A stretch of DNA of 64,000 bases, taken from IMG/VR virus record IMGVR_UViG_3300024259_000011; one strand, 5' to 3'. Of this stretch, positions 1-8,576 are shown one piece after another. This DNA comes from a virus. Taxonomy: Duplodnaviria > Caudoviricetes. The notes under the pieces were generated by a model that had not been told where the DNA came from, made no database searches, and saw only the letters and a list, made by a program, of their open reading frames with translations. A program made the translations under genes and the position numbers. Each line of letters starts with the position of its first letter. The stretch's first letter is position 1.

Positions 1-1074
1 CGAGGAAACCTTAATAGTTTGAATAGCAATCTTAAGATTCTTCTGTTCCCACTCACCGGGTGAGAGAGTAACAAAGCGGAACAACTTCTGCATGTTATAA
101 GGATCGTAAGATGCGTAGTTGGTGGTCAAATCTTGACCGAATACCCAACCAGACTTAGCTTCCTTTGCTGCCATAGTCTGTACACCGGGGGTGTAGCTGC
201 CAAGCTTCATCGGGGCAACGAAACCATAGTACTGACCGCTAGCGCCATCGCTGATAGCTGCGGTTCCTGCTTCCCCAGTGTAGTCCGCGGATTGCTGACC
301 GCACTGCTCGACCAAGTGACGGTCGAAACTCTCACCAAGCCAGTAGTGGAATGATCCATCGGTCGTGCTTTGATCAGTAATCTGATCATTGACCGTCATG
401 GGGTTCGTGTTGAACACGTTTCTAATATATTTTGCGGAAGACCTATCAAAGTTGAACGCCGTTTCGTGACGCACTTGTGAGCCAGTCATAACTTGGGCAG
501 TGAAGCCGCAATATGTTGCGTTAGACTCAACCATTACGTTAGAGCCAGAGACTGTAACATCGTCAAGCGTAGAACCAGCCATGGTACCCTTGAGGGCAAG
601 CTCTCCGTTCTTCAGATAGAAGATGGCTGCTAGACAACCCTTGTTAGCGGTGGCGCCTGAACCGGAGTTCGCGATGAACAGTCCGTAAGCGCCGCCATCG
701 GTACCAACAGTACCATTTGACCAGCCAGCATACCCAGATGAGGTAGCATCGTCATGTTGCTCACCAACCAAGCGAACAATAGTACATGCGTTGGTGTTAC
801 GCAGCCATGCTTGTGCAGCATAGGCGGCATAGGTCGGACCTACATTGTTGCCGTCCCGCCAAACGTCGTCTCCTTGACGACCACCGACTGGGGAGCCGAA
901 GACTTCAATGAAATCTGAAAATGATGTGATTCGAGTGGGACGCATTGATGGTCCTCTCGCTGTGCGTCCAATAATAACTGGACCAATAGGATCAGCCGGA
1001 CGGGGAAGTTGTGAGTTATCAATCTCATTAACAAACACACCGGGTGAAACAAACTTAAACTTGGTTACTGACAT
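1..1074 (-). CDS. gp18: Tail sheath protein (T4 gp18-like), N-terminal 358 aa; runs off the left edge
   Basis: Manual translation from ATG at 1074: MSVTKFKFVSPGVFVNEIDNSQLPRPADPIGPVIIGRTARGPSMRP...; the SPGV-x-x-x-EID and IIG-x-T-x-RGP motifs are typical of sheath N-termini. AGGAG SD upstream. Frame reads ...KIAIQTIKVSS at position 1 with no stop there. Absent from the ORF track because its stop is outside the window. Confidence 0.92.
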   Translation of the reverse strand, partial: MSVTKFKFVSPGVFVNEIDNSQLPRPADPIGPVIIGRTARGPSMRPTRITSFSDFIEVFGSPVGGRQGDDVWRDGNNVGPTYAAYAAQAWLRNTNACTIVRLVGEQHDDATSSGYAGWSNGTVGTDGGAYGLFIANSGSGATANKGCLAAIFYLKNGELALKGTMAGSTLDDVTVSGSNVMVESNATYCGFTAQVMTGSQVRHETAFNFDRSSAKYIRNVFNTNPMTVNDQITDQSTTDGSFHYWLGESFDRHLVEQCGQQSADYTGEAGTAAISDGASGQYYGFVAPMKLGSYTPGVQTMAAKEAKSGWVFGQDLTTNYASYDPYNMQKLFRFVTLSPGEWEQKNLKIAIQTIKVSS

Positions 1075-1167
1075 TACGCTTAATCTCCTGCATTAATACT
1101 TTAGCCCTCTGCAAAGCGGGGACTTTTATGTTCTTCATACAGCTTCTTTGTCGCCATATTTCACTAA

Positions 1168-1176
1168 TAAATAGTT
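1168..1176 (-). promoter_or_regulatory. Putative late-promoter motif AACTATTTA upstream of the sheath gene
   Basis: Copy of the recurrent AACTAHTTA motif, intergenic and downstream of a terminator. Confidence 0.6.
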
Positions 1177-1235
1177 CCGGATATCTCCAACGGACATGAA
1201 AGAATGGAAAACCAAGCAAAGTCTTGTATGCAACG

Positions 1236-1265
1236 AAAGAAGGGGTCCGACAAGCGGACCCCTTC
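1236..1265 (-). terminator. Intrinsic terminator after the 975-aa fibre gene
   Basis: Perfect 11-bp stem GAAGGGGTCCG-CTTGT-CGGACCCCTTC followed by TTTCGTT on the minus strand; a second small hairpin lies at 1266-1279. Confidence 0.8.
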
Positions 1266-1287
1266 AGGGACAAATCCCTACTTAATC

Positions 1288-4215
1288 TTAGAGTAAGAAG
1301 TAGACTTGAAGTACATCGTCGGCATCAAGCTTGAGATCGGCGTGAAGTTCGATTGAGCCAGTAGCTGTGGAGTAATCACCAGAGCCAGCGGCAGCGTCGG
1401 TGGTATCACCACGATAAAGCATTTGACCGTTCAAGAACACCATCTCACTACCAGAAACTGGAGTGGCTGGAAGGGTGTAAACGCCCGAAGCAGTGGTATA
1501 ACCATTACCGCTCGAACCAATGCAACGTTCCATGCCAAAGTCAACAACCAATGCGTTACTGACAACTGCGATACCGTTTCCGCCACAGTTAGAGTTCAGC
1601 ATAGTGCCTTCGACAGCGGTAGCTGCGATAGTGATAGCGCCGGCGTTAGACATGGTAGCATCACCGCTAACAGCGACGAGAGTACCAACGTTTGAACCAT
1701 TACCAACCATGATCTGACCAGCAGTCACGGCTTCCATCTTGCTATAAGCGATGCCGGCAGCGGAAGCAACAGAAGCGTTGACAACAGCATTTGCAGCCAA
1801 CTCGTCAGCACCAACAGCATCATCAGCAAGCATGCTGTTTTCGACAGCGCCTGCACCGATAGTCACAACACCAGCATTAGTACAAGTTACATCACCGCTA
1901 AGAGCGAAAGAACTGTAGTCAGTCCCATCAGCAATCAAGAAGTGAGTAGTGGTAGCAGCCAAACTATCATCGAAAAGAGCAATGTGAGAGCCCTCAACCG
2001 CGTCAGCAGCGAGGGTGACAGCACCATTATTAGCCATGGTTGCGTGACCAGACATCGCGACTTCTTGATAGCTTGTGCCATCGGCAACAAGGAATTTAGT
2101 AGAAGTATTGTCAGCCATCTTGAAGAGCCCACCACAAGTTAGATCAGCTTCTGCGTTAACAGCGCTGGTGAAGTTCGCAATGTTGCTTACTTCAAGTGAA
2201 CCTGTAATCTGGTGAGTATCGCCAGCAGCATCACCAATAATAGAAGAACCGGAAACATTAAGATATCCAGAAGTTCTAAGACCAGCGCTGGAGTAATGGG
2301 CTACTGAGCCAGAAACACCAGCTTCGGACCAAACAGCCTTACTACCATCCCATATAAGAGCAAAGTTGGTGGTGGCGGTGGACTGACCAATCTTGGTAAT
2401 GTGACCAGAACCGTCAAAGGTGAAAGCAGCAGTGCCGCCTGCTTCCTTAAGTGAACCACCATCATCGATAGTAATATCACCAGACAGCGTAAGGTTACGC
2501 ATACCAGCGGTATCAGCGTTGCTATCAAGGACAACAGCCTTGCTAGCAGCAGCCGTACCAGCGGCAGCACCATCAACATAGCCAATCTCTGCATCGGTAA
2601 GAGCAGTAAGAGTGGTCAACTTAGCAGCAGTGACAGAAGCGCCGGCACCATCGAGCAAGTTAAGCTCTGCAGGGGTTGAAGTGATTGCTACAGTTGAAGC
2701 TGCAGCAAATGGCTGCAAGAAACCACTAACATTTGCAAGTTGGTGGACCTTATCAGCGCCAGTTGGGTCAACCGCTTTAAGGGTTGTCTCGTAGGCATCA
2801 TCGGTAGCACCCTCGAAGATAACACCGTTTGCGGTGTTAACAACTTCAACGTCAACTGTCGTTGTGGTACCGGTAACAATCAAGTTACCCGGGATGATAA
2901 CTCTCGAAGCAGCGCCATTACCTAGGGTAATGTCAATTTCATCCTCAAGATCACCATCAGCAATGATAATACCGTTGTTCATTTCGCCATCGTGAGAAGC
3001 GACACGCAACACCATTTTACCACCTTCAAAACCGTTAGATGCATCTGCAATCTGTACAAAAAGTTCGGCGTATGAAGTTTGCTCTTGAGCATCGTTATCT
3101 CCGCTCCAAGCAATCATACCAACGATATCATTATCAGCAGCGGCGGCGCCCTTGTCTTTCAAAAAGTGAAGACGAGCACCATTTGTATCGTTTGTGGTAT
3201 TTTTAAGTTGCAGCATTGGATCGAGAGTATTTGCTGAATCGATCTGAAACGTATCAGCAGTCACAGCAACTGTGGGAGCAACTGCAACAAGGGTTGTGTC
3301 AGCGGCAAGTTTCAAGTTGCCGTCAGAAATCTGATGAATATAAGTAGCAGAGTCGCCGAACTGAAGTTGACGTGACGAGTTCAGAAGCAGTGCTGTGTCA
3401 GCAACGTGAGTTAGCGTCACATCACTACCGTCACCGAATGCAAGAACTGCAGCGTCTGACTTGAGCTTGACATCATTGCCAAAGATACCGTCTTTTGCAA
3501 CACTCAAACCACCATCGGTCTGTAAAGAACCGTCAGTAGTGGAAGTGGCATCGGTAGCATCATCGACAATTACGCGACCAGAGGTCGTGAGTTGAGCCAT
3601 AGCCGAGTTACCGGTTGAGGTGATCGCACCGCAACCAACAGTGCCAATAGTAGCAATGTTCTTAGAACCATCCAAGACAACAGCCTTGGAAGCTGCAGCG
3701 GTACCTGCAGATACACTATCAAGAACACCCAATTCCGCCGTAGAAATTGTAACAGCGTCAAGTGTCAACGACGTGTCGCCGGTGATGGTGCCACCGACAT
3801 TAATTGAGCCGAAAGTTGAAGCACCAGTTGAGGTGATCGCACCGCAACCAACAGTGCCAATAGTAGCAATGTTTTTGCTAGCATCCAAGACAACAGCCTT
3901 AGAAGCAGCCGCAGTGCCTGCGGTTACACTATCTAGGACTCCGATCTCCGCAGTGGTGATCGTCGTAGTGTCGAGGGTTAGGCTAGTGTTTACCGTTAAA
4001 GTACCATCGATATTTGTGTTTTGGAAAAGATTGATTTTGCTGCCAATATAATCAATTGCTCCGCCGTTGTAAAAGGAAATTCCTCCCGCTTTCGTGATGG
4101 ATCCCGATTCCATGCTCAGACCGCCGGTGTATACACCTTCAGCGAATTTCGCCGTTGTTGCGGTTGAACCTGAAAAGGGAGCCAACTGACTCGCGTTTAC
4201 TAATGTTTTTGCCAT
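1288..4215 (-). CDS. Virion fibre/appendage protein with internal repeats (975 aa)
   Basis: Ala/Gly/Thr/Ser-rich; repeats of AEIGVLDSVTAGTAAASKAVVLD; HQITGSLEVS module shared with the 1772-aa fibre; GGAGG SD; lies between neck and sheath genes. Confidence 0.7.
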   Translation of the reverse strand: MAKTLVNASQLAPFSGSTATTAKFAEGVYTGGLSMESGSITKAGGISFYNGGAIDYIGSKINLFQNTNIDGTLTVNTSLTLDTTTITTAEIGVLDSVTAGTAAASKAVVLDASKNIATIGTVGCGAITSTGASTFGSINVGGTITGDTSLTLDAVTISTAELGVLDSVSAGTAAASKAVVLDGSKNIATIGTVGCGAITSTGNSAMAQLTTSGRVIVDDATDATSTTDGSLQTDGGLSVAKDGIFGNDVKLKSDAAVLAFGDGSDVTLTHVADTALLLNSSRQLQFGDSATYIHQISDGNLKLAADTTLVAVAPTVAVTADTFQIDSANTLDPMLQLKNTTNDTNGARLHFLKDKGAAAADNDIVGMIAWSGDNDAQEQTSYAELFVQIADASNGFEGGKMVLRVASHDGEMNNGIIIADGDLEDEIDITLGNGAASRVIIPGNLIVTGTTTTVDVEVVNTANGVIFEGATDDAYETTLKAVDPTGADKVHQLANVSGFLQPFAAASTVAITSTPAELNLLDGAGASVTAAKLTTLTALTDAEIGYVDGAAAGTAAASKAVVLDSNADTAGMRNLTLSGDITIDDGGSLKEAGGTAAFTFDGSGHITKIGQSTATTNFALIWDGSKAVWSEAGVSGSVAHYSSAGLRTSGYLNVSGSSIIGDAAGDTHQITGSLEVSNIANFTSAVNAEADLTCGGLFKMADNTSTKFLVADGTSYQEVAMSGHATMANNGAVTLAADAVEGSHIALFDDSLAATTTHFLIADGTDYSSFALSGDVTCTNAGVVTIGAGAVENSMLADDAVGADELAANAVVNASVASAAGIAYSKMEAVTAGQIMVGNGSNVGTLVAVSGDATMSNAGAITIAATAVEGTMLNSNCGGNGIAVVSNALVVDFGMERCIGSSGNGYTTASGVYTLPATPVSGSEMVFLNGQMLYRGDTTDAAAGSGDYSTATGSIELHADLKLDADDVLQVYFLL
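3614..3873. repeat. 47-bp exact direct repeat (3614-3660 / 3827-3873) within a 71-codon duplication
   Basis: GTTGAGGTGATCGCACCGCAACCAACAGTGCCAATAGTAGCAATGTT occurs twice, 213 nt apart and in frame. Confidence 0.9.
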
Positions 4216-4312
4216 TCATTTTACCTCCATAGTTAATAAAAAGCACCATAAAAACGTTTTGTTTTATGGGGGTCTTACCATCTACCGAAGATACTATTAC
4301 GCAGCAGCGCTG

Positions 4313-4738
4313 TTACGACTCTGAGCTTGGCTCATCGGCGCGGACAAAGCTACCCTGTTCCTCTTCCCCTACGGGAAAATTCAGAGCATAATCGACAGTG
4401 GGTTCGACATTATAAGTAGTCCGAAGGTCTGTGATTTGTCGCTGCATCTGCTCATTTAGCGCATTATTTACTTTGAGGAAATCGACTCTCTCTTTCTCAT
4501 GTCGAATAAGCAATTCTCCGCCCAAACCTTTAAGTCGTTTGATTGATTCCATTGTTTCATACAAAGGCATCAAATCATCCCTATTGATGGGGATTGCCGG
4601 GTCAGAACAAAATTCAGGCTCTGATGGCTCTTCCTTTTCTTCCTCGGGTGGGGCGCTCTCTTCTTTTTCCTCAACCTCAATATACTCCTCCGGAGTTTCT
4701 AAGGCTGTCTTAAGTTTATTCCATGATTTTTTCCACAT
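4313..4738 (-). CDS. Hypothetical acidic protein (141 aa)
   Basis: ORF with GGAG SD; Glu/Pro-rich N-terminal half and predicted helical C-terminal half; no recognised motif. Confidence 0.75.
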   Translation of the reverse strand: MWKKSWNKLKTALETPEEYIEVEEKEESAPPEEEKEEPSEPEFCSDPAIPINRDDLMPLYETMESIKRLKGLGGELLIRHEKERVDFLKVNNALNEQMQRQITDLRTTYNVEPTVDYALNFPVGEEEQGSFVRADEPSSES

Positions 4739-4774
4739 AATATGCTCCTATTGCTTTTGTTTATGTTATGGTGA

Positions 4775-6034
4775 TTACGAGTTTTTAACGTAGCTAGCTA
4801 CCAGTCTGTCACCGTCTTCCGGTGCGTAATCTAGTGTAATCGTGTTGCTACTGATTGTGTAGTCGGCGGTGGCGCCGGGTGTAAGAACTAGTCCGTTGTG
4901 AACTAAAGTGACGGTGCCAGCGCGGGGATTGCTTGTTAGCGTAAAAGTTTTATTTGTGCCATTCAGCGTTCCAACGACTGCTTGCAAGGTTATAAAGTCT
5001 TCATGTTTGATGACATCATCCTCATCAACGCCGGCGCCGCTACTGGTGGTGTGGACCTTTCCAAAATGAACCTGCCCTGCCATCATCTCTCTCACAGAGC
5101 GCAATGAATTGGCACTAGAGTATCTTATAAACTCTTCCGGTACTGTGCCGGCACCAACAAGCATAACGCTTTCTCGCGGCATGACAATCGATACTGCATT
5201 TTCTCGTATTGACAGTTTGGGTTTGGGGTCGTTTTCCCCGCCACCAATAATGTAGCCCTCAAGCTTGATTGTTATATCCGTTCTCAGTACACGTTCTTCT
5301 TCCTCAAGCGTTGCCAAGTTGTTATTAAAAGAGAAGTCCTCTATCTTTGCATCAAAAATGTGCGTTTCGTGGCTGCAGCGGATCCAACTATGGTTGCCAA
5401 TGTTGCTGTGCATACCTTGCAGGATCTCGTTCATTTGTGTATGGAAATCCGTTTGAATTGAAAGCTTATATTCGACCAATACACGGACGGGCATTGGCAT
5501 CGAAATGGTTTCATACACAATTCTACCATCTTGCTTGTCAACATACATCTTCAAAGCACCCCTGTTTGGCTTAGTATCTCCGTCATAATCGCCTCCGGAG
5601 AATTTCTGTTTTTGGGCTGCAGTTCTAAATGCCGATGTCTTGTCCTGTTTAATACGGCGAGCAACAACAATAGAGCCGCCCTGAGGATCGAGTTTTGAAT
5701 GTGTACTTTGTAAGTTTGCAGGCATCGAGCCCATTCTTGACGGGTCTTTTGTGATCGAAACCCTGTCAATTGCCATCATTGGCAGAATCAACATGCCGCC
5801 ACTGTCGCGAAGGTCTTTGTTAGCCTTGATTTGATGCGCTCTTTCCGCACCAACCCAGATCACCGGCACCTTTTTCCAGCCTTTGCTGGTGTTAGTGTGC
5901 AGGTCACACTTGTCGTTAACCCAGTTGAAGATGGCGGTATCCATCGTCTCCGGAGTAGATGCCGCAAACTCTAGCTCTTGCAATTTTGATAGATTTTCAA
6001 AGGTTAATCTATCTGAGTAATGATCACTCGCCAT
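4775..6034 (-). CDS. Tail completion/sheath-stabiliser-like protein (T4 gp15-like) with an extra C-terminal beta domain
   Basis: KVPVIWVGAER and LPMMAIDR motifs resemble gp15-family N-termini; follows gp13/gp14-like genes; C-terminal TFTLTSNP...HNGLVL...DYTISSNTITLDYAPEDGDRLVASY domain. Confidence 0.6.
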   Translation of the reverse strand: MASDHYSDRLTFENLSKLQELEFAASTPETMDTAIFNWVNDKCDLHTNTSKGWKKVPVIWVGAERAHQIKANKDLRDSGGMLILPMMAIDRVSITKDPSRMGSMPANLQSTHSKLDPQGGSIVVARRIKQDKTSAFRTAAQKQKFSGGDYDGDTKPNRGALKMYVDKQDGRIVYETISMPMPVRVLVEYKLSIQTDFHTQMNEILQGMHSNIGNHSWIRCSHETHIFDAKIEDFSFNNNLATLEEEERVLRTDITIKLEGYIIGGGENDPKPKLSIRENAVSIVMPRESVMLVGAGTVPEEFIRYSSANSLRSVREMMAGQVHFGKVHTTSSGAGVDEDDVIKHEDFITLQAVVGTLNGTNKTFTLTSNPRAGTVTLVHNGLVLTPGATADYTISSNTITLDYAPEDGDRLVASYVKNS

Positions 6035-6521
6035 CGAACACGTCCCTCCTTACCTTCACGCACTTAGCGCTGATTTCCATCATATGCTCAATCTGTCCAA
6101 AGACCCGGGTAGGTTCAGACACCTTGACCAACTGATAGAACTGTGTACCATACCGTAGCATGTCGCCTTCCCGAACAAACAAGTCCTGATCTTCGGTCAG
6201 ACGCCTCTTATGAAAGTGTACCGTCATTGTAGTGATCTTATCGATACCCAAAGCATCAGCATAGATAGTTTCCAACCCTTCCCATTCGACCAACGCCTTC
6301 ACTAGAACTGGTGGCAAATATGTCTTGTTCAGCGCCTCCCCGTACAATGGATGGTAGTTGGTGTGTTCAATATCAAGCGGAAAATACAGGACTTCTTGTC
6401 CGATGACCCTTTCAATAAGCTCATCATTAACCTGCTTAACCAGATCGCGCTCTTTCTGTCCGGTGAACAGTGGGCTAGGTGGTTGTTCTGGCTGCTTCCA
6501 TTTATCTTTAGGGTCCGACAT
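6024..6521 (-). CDS. Neck/head-completion protein (T4 gp14-like)
   Basis: VNDELIERVIGQEVLYF and VREGDMLRYGTQFYQL motifs; lies between gp13-like and gp15-like genes. Confidence 0.65.
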   Translation of the reverse strand: MSDPKDKWKQPEQPPSPLFTGQKERDLVKQVNDELIERVIGQEVLYFPLDIEHTNYHPLYGEALNKTYLPPVLVKALVEWEGLETIYADALGIDKITTMTVHFHKRRLTEDQDLFVREGDMLRYGTQFYQLVKVSEPTRVFGQIEHMMEISAKCVKVRRDVFDGE

Positions 6522-6530
6522 AGCTTACTC

Positions 6531-7820
6531 CTAAAATACGAAGATCGACAATGGGATCTTCGCCTGAATCTTATTAACTTGATCCACTTTGTCGGCATCG
6601 CCTTCCATCAGCTTGTTGTAGGTCAACTCATCGAGCAGTTCTTTGAGTTCTGTCCTCAGTGCGTCCTGTTCATCCTTGCCCTGCGTCAACAAAGCTTCGC
6701 CATTAAGTGTAACGGACTCTCCGGGGATAGGAATTTGGCCAAACTTGCTTCTTACTTGCCCCAAAGTCTCTTTGCAGAGCGCCAAAGCGAACCTGCGGAT
6801 CCATTGCTTACCAATCGAGTTGATACTGTTGTAAGGAATGTTCTGGAACGGGACATTATTAAGGTTGTTCACGCCATCAATGCCAATATCAGCAGAGCCA
6901 CTAGTTTCCCATGGCTCAGTCGGAATAGTGAACTGAATCCAAAAGTATTTTGGACTTGAACTGACTGGCTTGGGGAAAAGCCTAAGCTGGTTGTTCTTTA
7001 GCTCAAATGAGTAGTGCGAGTTTCTGGTATAAATAGAGTCCTCGAATGCCATGGACTGTGCCTTGTTCTGCCAAGCTGGGATGACCTCAAATGTAGAATC
7101 ATCTGAGTACTGTCCGTAGTTCGACAAGTTGCCGACTGTGTTCAAGCCACCGTAGTAGCCGTAGAATCGCCACATCGCATGCGGTGTTCTATAAAAAACT
7201 TTTCTAACTGTCAGGTGCTTCTGTCCGACCAAGCCGGCGAAGTTAACCGTGTTGCCAGCGGCGTCCTCACCTGAGTCTGAGGCATCCTGAATGATAGAAT
7301 CTAAGTCATAATCTTGTTGGTTAGTTACTGTCCTGAATGAGCAAGAGTATTCGGTAGTGTTACCACCTACGCCAGCATCGCCAGCCATACCTTCGGCAAC
7401 GCGGCGAGCATATGCGAACTCGAATCGAGGATACTTCATTGCAATGCCACCGGCACCGCTCAAGCTGGAGGAAAGTTCTCCTGTCTTGAGTTCTCCATCG
7501 TGATCAAATGTCCCAGTCATGGAGCCAAGGTAATCAGAAAGAGTGTTCTTGGCTTGATGAGAATTAATAATGTATGAATATTCTAATACCGACTCTTCAT
7601 ACGCGGCATACACATTTCCCGTTGTTATTTCAATATCCAATACATCGCCGCCTAACTTTTTGTAGACGTACGCAACCTGATCAGAGGCTCCGGACACAAA
7701 GTCATGGGAATCTGAATAGATACCATATGGCAAAGCCGAAGTTACATCACCAGTTGATCCTGTGGACGTTAGTATTACTTTGCTTAGATTGCTTTTGGGT
7801 GTTAGTTCTGGGTGGCTCAT
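6531..7820 (-). CDS. gp13: Neck protein / head-tail adaptor (T4 gp13-like)
   Basis: KKLGGDVLDIEIT near the N-terminus and KQWIRRFALALCKETLGQVRSKFGQIPIPGESVTLNGEAL at the C-terminus; GGAGG SD. Confidence 0.8.
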   Translation of the reverse strand: MSHPELTPKSNLSKVILTSTGSTGDVTSALPYGIYSDSHDFVSGASDQVAYVYKKLGGDVLDIEITTGNVYAAYEESVLEYSYIINSHQAKNTLSDYLGSMTGTFDHDGELKTGELSSSLSGAGGIAMKYPRFEFAYARRVAEGMAGDAGVGGNTTEYSCSFRTVTNQQDYDLDSIIQDASDSGEDAAGNTVNFAGLVGQKHLTVRKVFYRTPHAMWRFYGYYGGLNTVGNLSNYGQYSDDSTFEVIPAWQNKAQSMAFEDSIYTRNSHYSFELKNNQLRLFPKPVSSSPKYFWIQFTIPTEPWETSGSADIGIDGVNNLNNVPFQNIPYNSINSIGKQWIRRFALALCKETLGQVRSKFGQIPIPGESVTLNGEALLTQGKDEQDALRTELKELLDELTYNKLMEGDADKVDQVNKIQAKIPLSIFVF

Positions 7821-7840
7821 TCATTTTATCCTCCGTAACG

Positions 7841-7850
7841 TAATTAGTTT
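7841..7850 (-). promoter_or_regulatory. Putative late-promoter motif AAACTAATTA
   Basis: Intergenic, between the 7865-7886 terminator and the gp13 RBS. Confidence 0.6.
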
Positions 7851-7860
7851 CTCAAAGTGG

Positions 7861-7886
7861 AAAACCCCGCCCCTTGAGGGGCGGGG
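7861..7886 (-). terminator. Intrinsic terminator after the decoration-like gene
   Basis: 9-bp all-GC stem CCCCGCCCC-TCAA-GGGGCGGGG followed by TTTT on the minus strand. Confidence 0.85.
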
Positions 7887-7921
7887 AAAGATTTAAACCT
7901 TATTATAAGCACAAGCTTCGA

Positions 7922-8401
7922 TTAGGAAGTTGTAACAGATCCGTCAATCTGAGCATTTCCGAAGAAATACCAAGAAGTGCCGTCACTGTACAATTCAATC
8001 CACATGCCTTTCTTGGCAGTAGTTCCAATGATAACATTAGAAACTCCAGTTGCACCAGAAGAGCCGGGAGCATCGTCGCCGGTGTCAACTTCAGACTCGC
8101 TGACGTTACCGAACATAATCGCCGAACCAGCAGCAATCGTAATTGCGCCAGTGGGCGTGTCCTCAGTTACCATACAACGGTAGTGAAGTCCAGCAGCAAC
8201 GCTGGGGAGAGTGAGCGAAAACGCTCCGCTCGAAGATTCAAGGAAAACAAGTCTTCCTGATTCCAGTGGGTCGAGAGTCTTGTTAGACCCTACACTCAAA
8301 GTTGCCCGTTGATACGACATACCCTTGAGAAGTTTAACCTCACCCACCTCAAAATTTTGAAGCAAAGAGCGAAGTCTTGCAATGTTTTGTGAAAAAGCCA
8401 T
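7922..8401 (-). CDS. Probable capsid decoration/cement protein (159 aa)
   Basis: Directly downstream of MCP; SGRLVFLESSSGAFSLTLPSVAAGLHYRCMV motif resembles small beta-sandwich head decoration proteins; GGAGG SD. Confidence 0.55.
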   Translation of the reverse strand: MAFSQNIARLRSLLQNFEVGEVKLLKGMSYQRATLSVGSNKTLDPLESGRLVFLESSSGAFSLTLPSVAAGLHYRCMVTEDTPTGAITIAAGSAIMFGNVSESEVDTGDDAPGSSGATGVSNVIIGTTAKKGMWIELYSDGTSWYFFGNAQIDGSVTTS

Positions 8402-8498
8402 TCATTAATACCTCCATAGTTTTAATTTATATAGCAACCCCATAACCCGTGCATAGCTAGCCATACATGAGCCGAATTAATTCGGATGAGGTCACAAT

Positions 8499-8508
8499 TA
8501 AGTAGTTT
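8499..8508 (-). promoter_or_regulatory. Putative late-promoter motif AAACTACTTA
   Basis: Intergenic, immediately after the MCP terminator. Confidence 0.6.
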
Positions 8509-8516
8509 CTCAGACG

Positions 8517-8552
8517 CAAAAGCCCCCATCTGTATGACCAGATGGGGGCTTT
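8517..8552 (-). terminator. Intrinsic terminator after the major capsid gene
   Basis: 14-bp stem AAAGCCCCCATCTG / CAGATGGGGGCTTT with a 6-nt loop, ending in a T-run. Confidence 0.85.
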
Positions 8553-8576
8553 ATTACTTTGGAGGTTATGTTAGCT

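Noticed and set aside
1055-1273. 72-aa minus-strand ORF between the fibre and sheath genes
   Set aside because: TTG-type start inside the terminator hairpins; runs across the promoter motif and overlaps the sheath start out of frame.
4246-4269. Inverted repeat CCATAAAA...TTTTATGG upstream of the 975-aa gene as a terminator
   Set aside because: AT-rich, weak stem with no clear U-tail; too weak to call.
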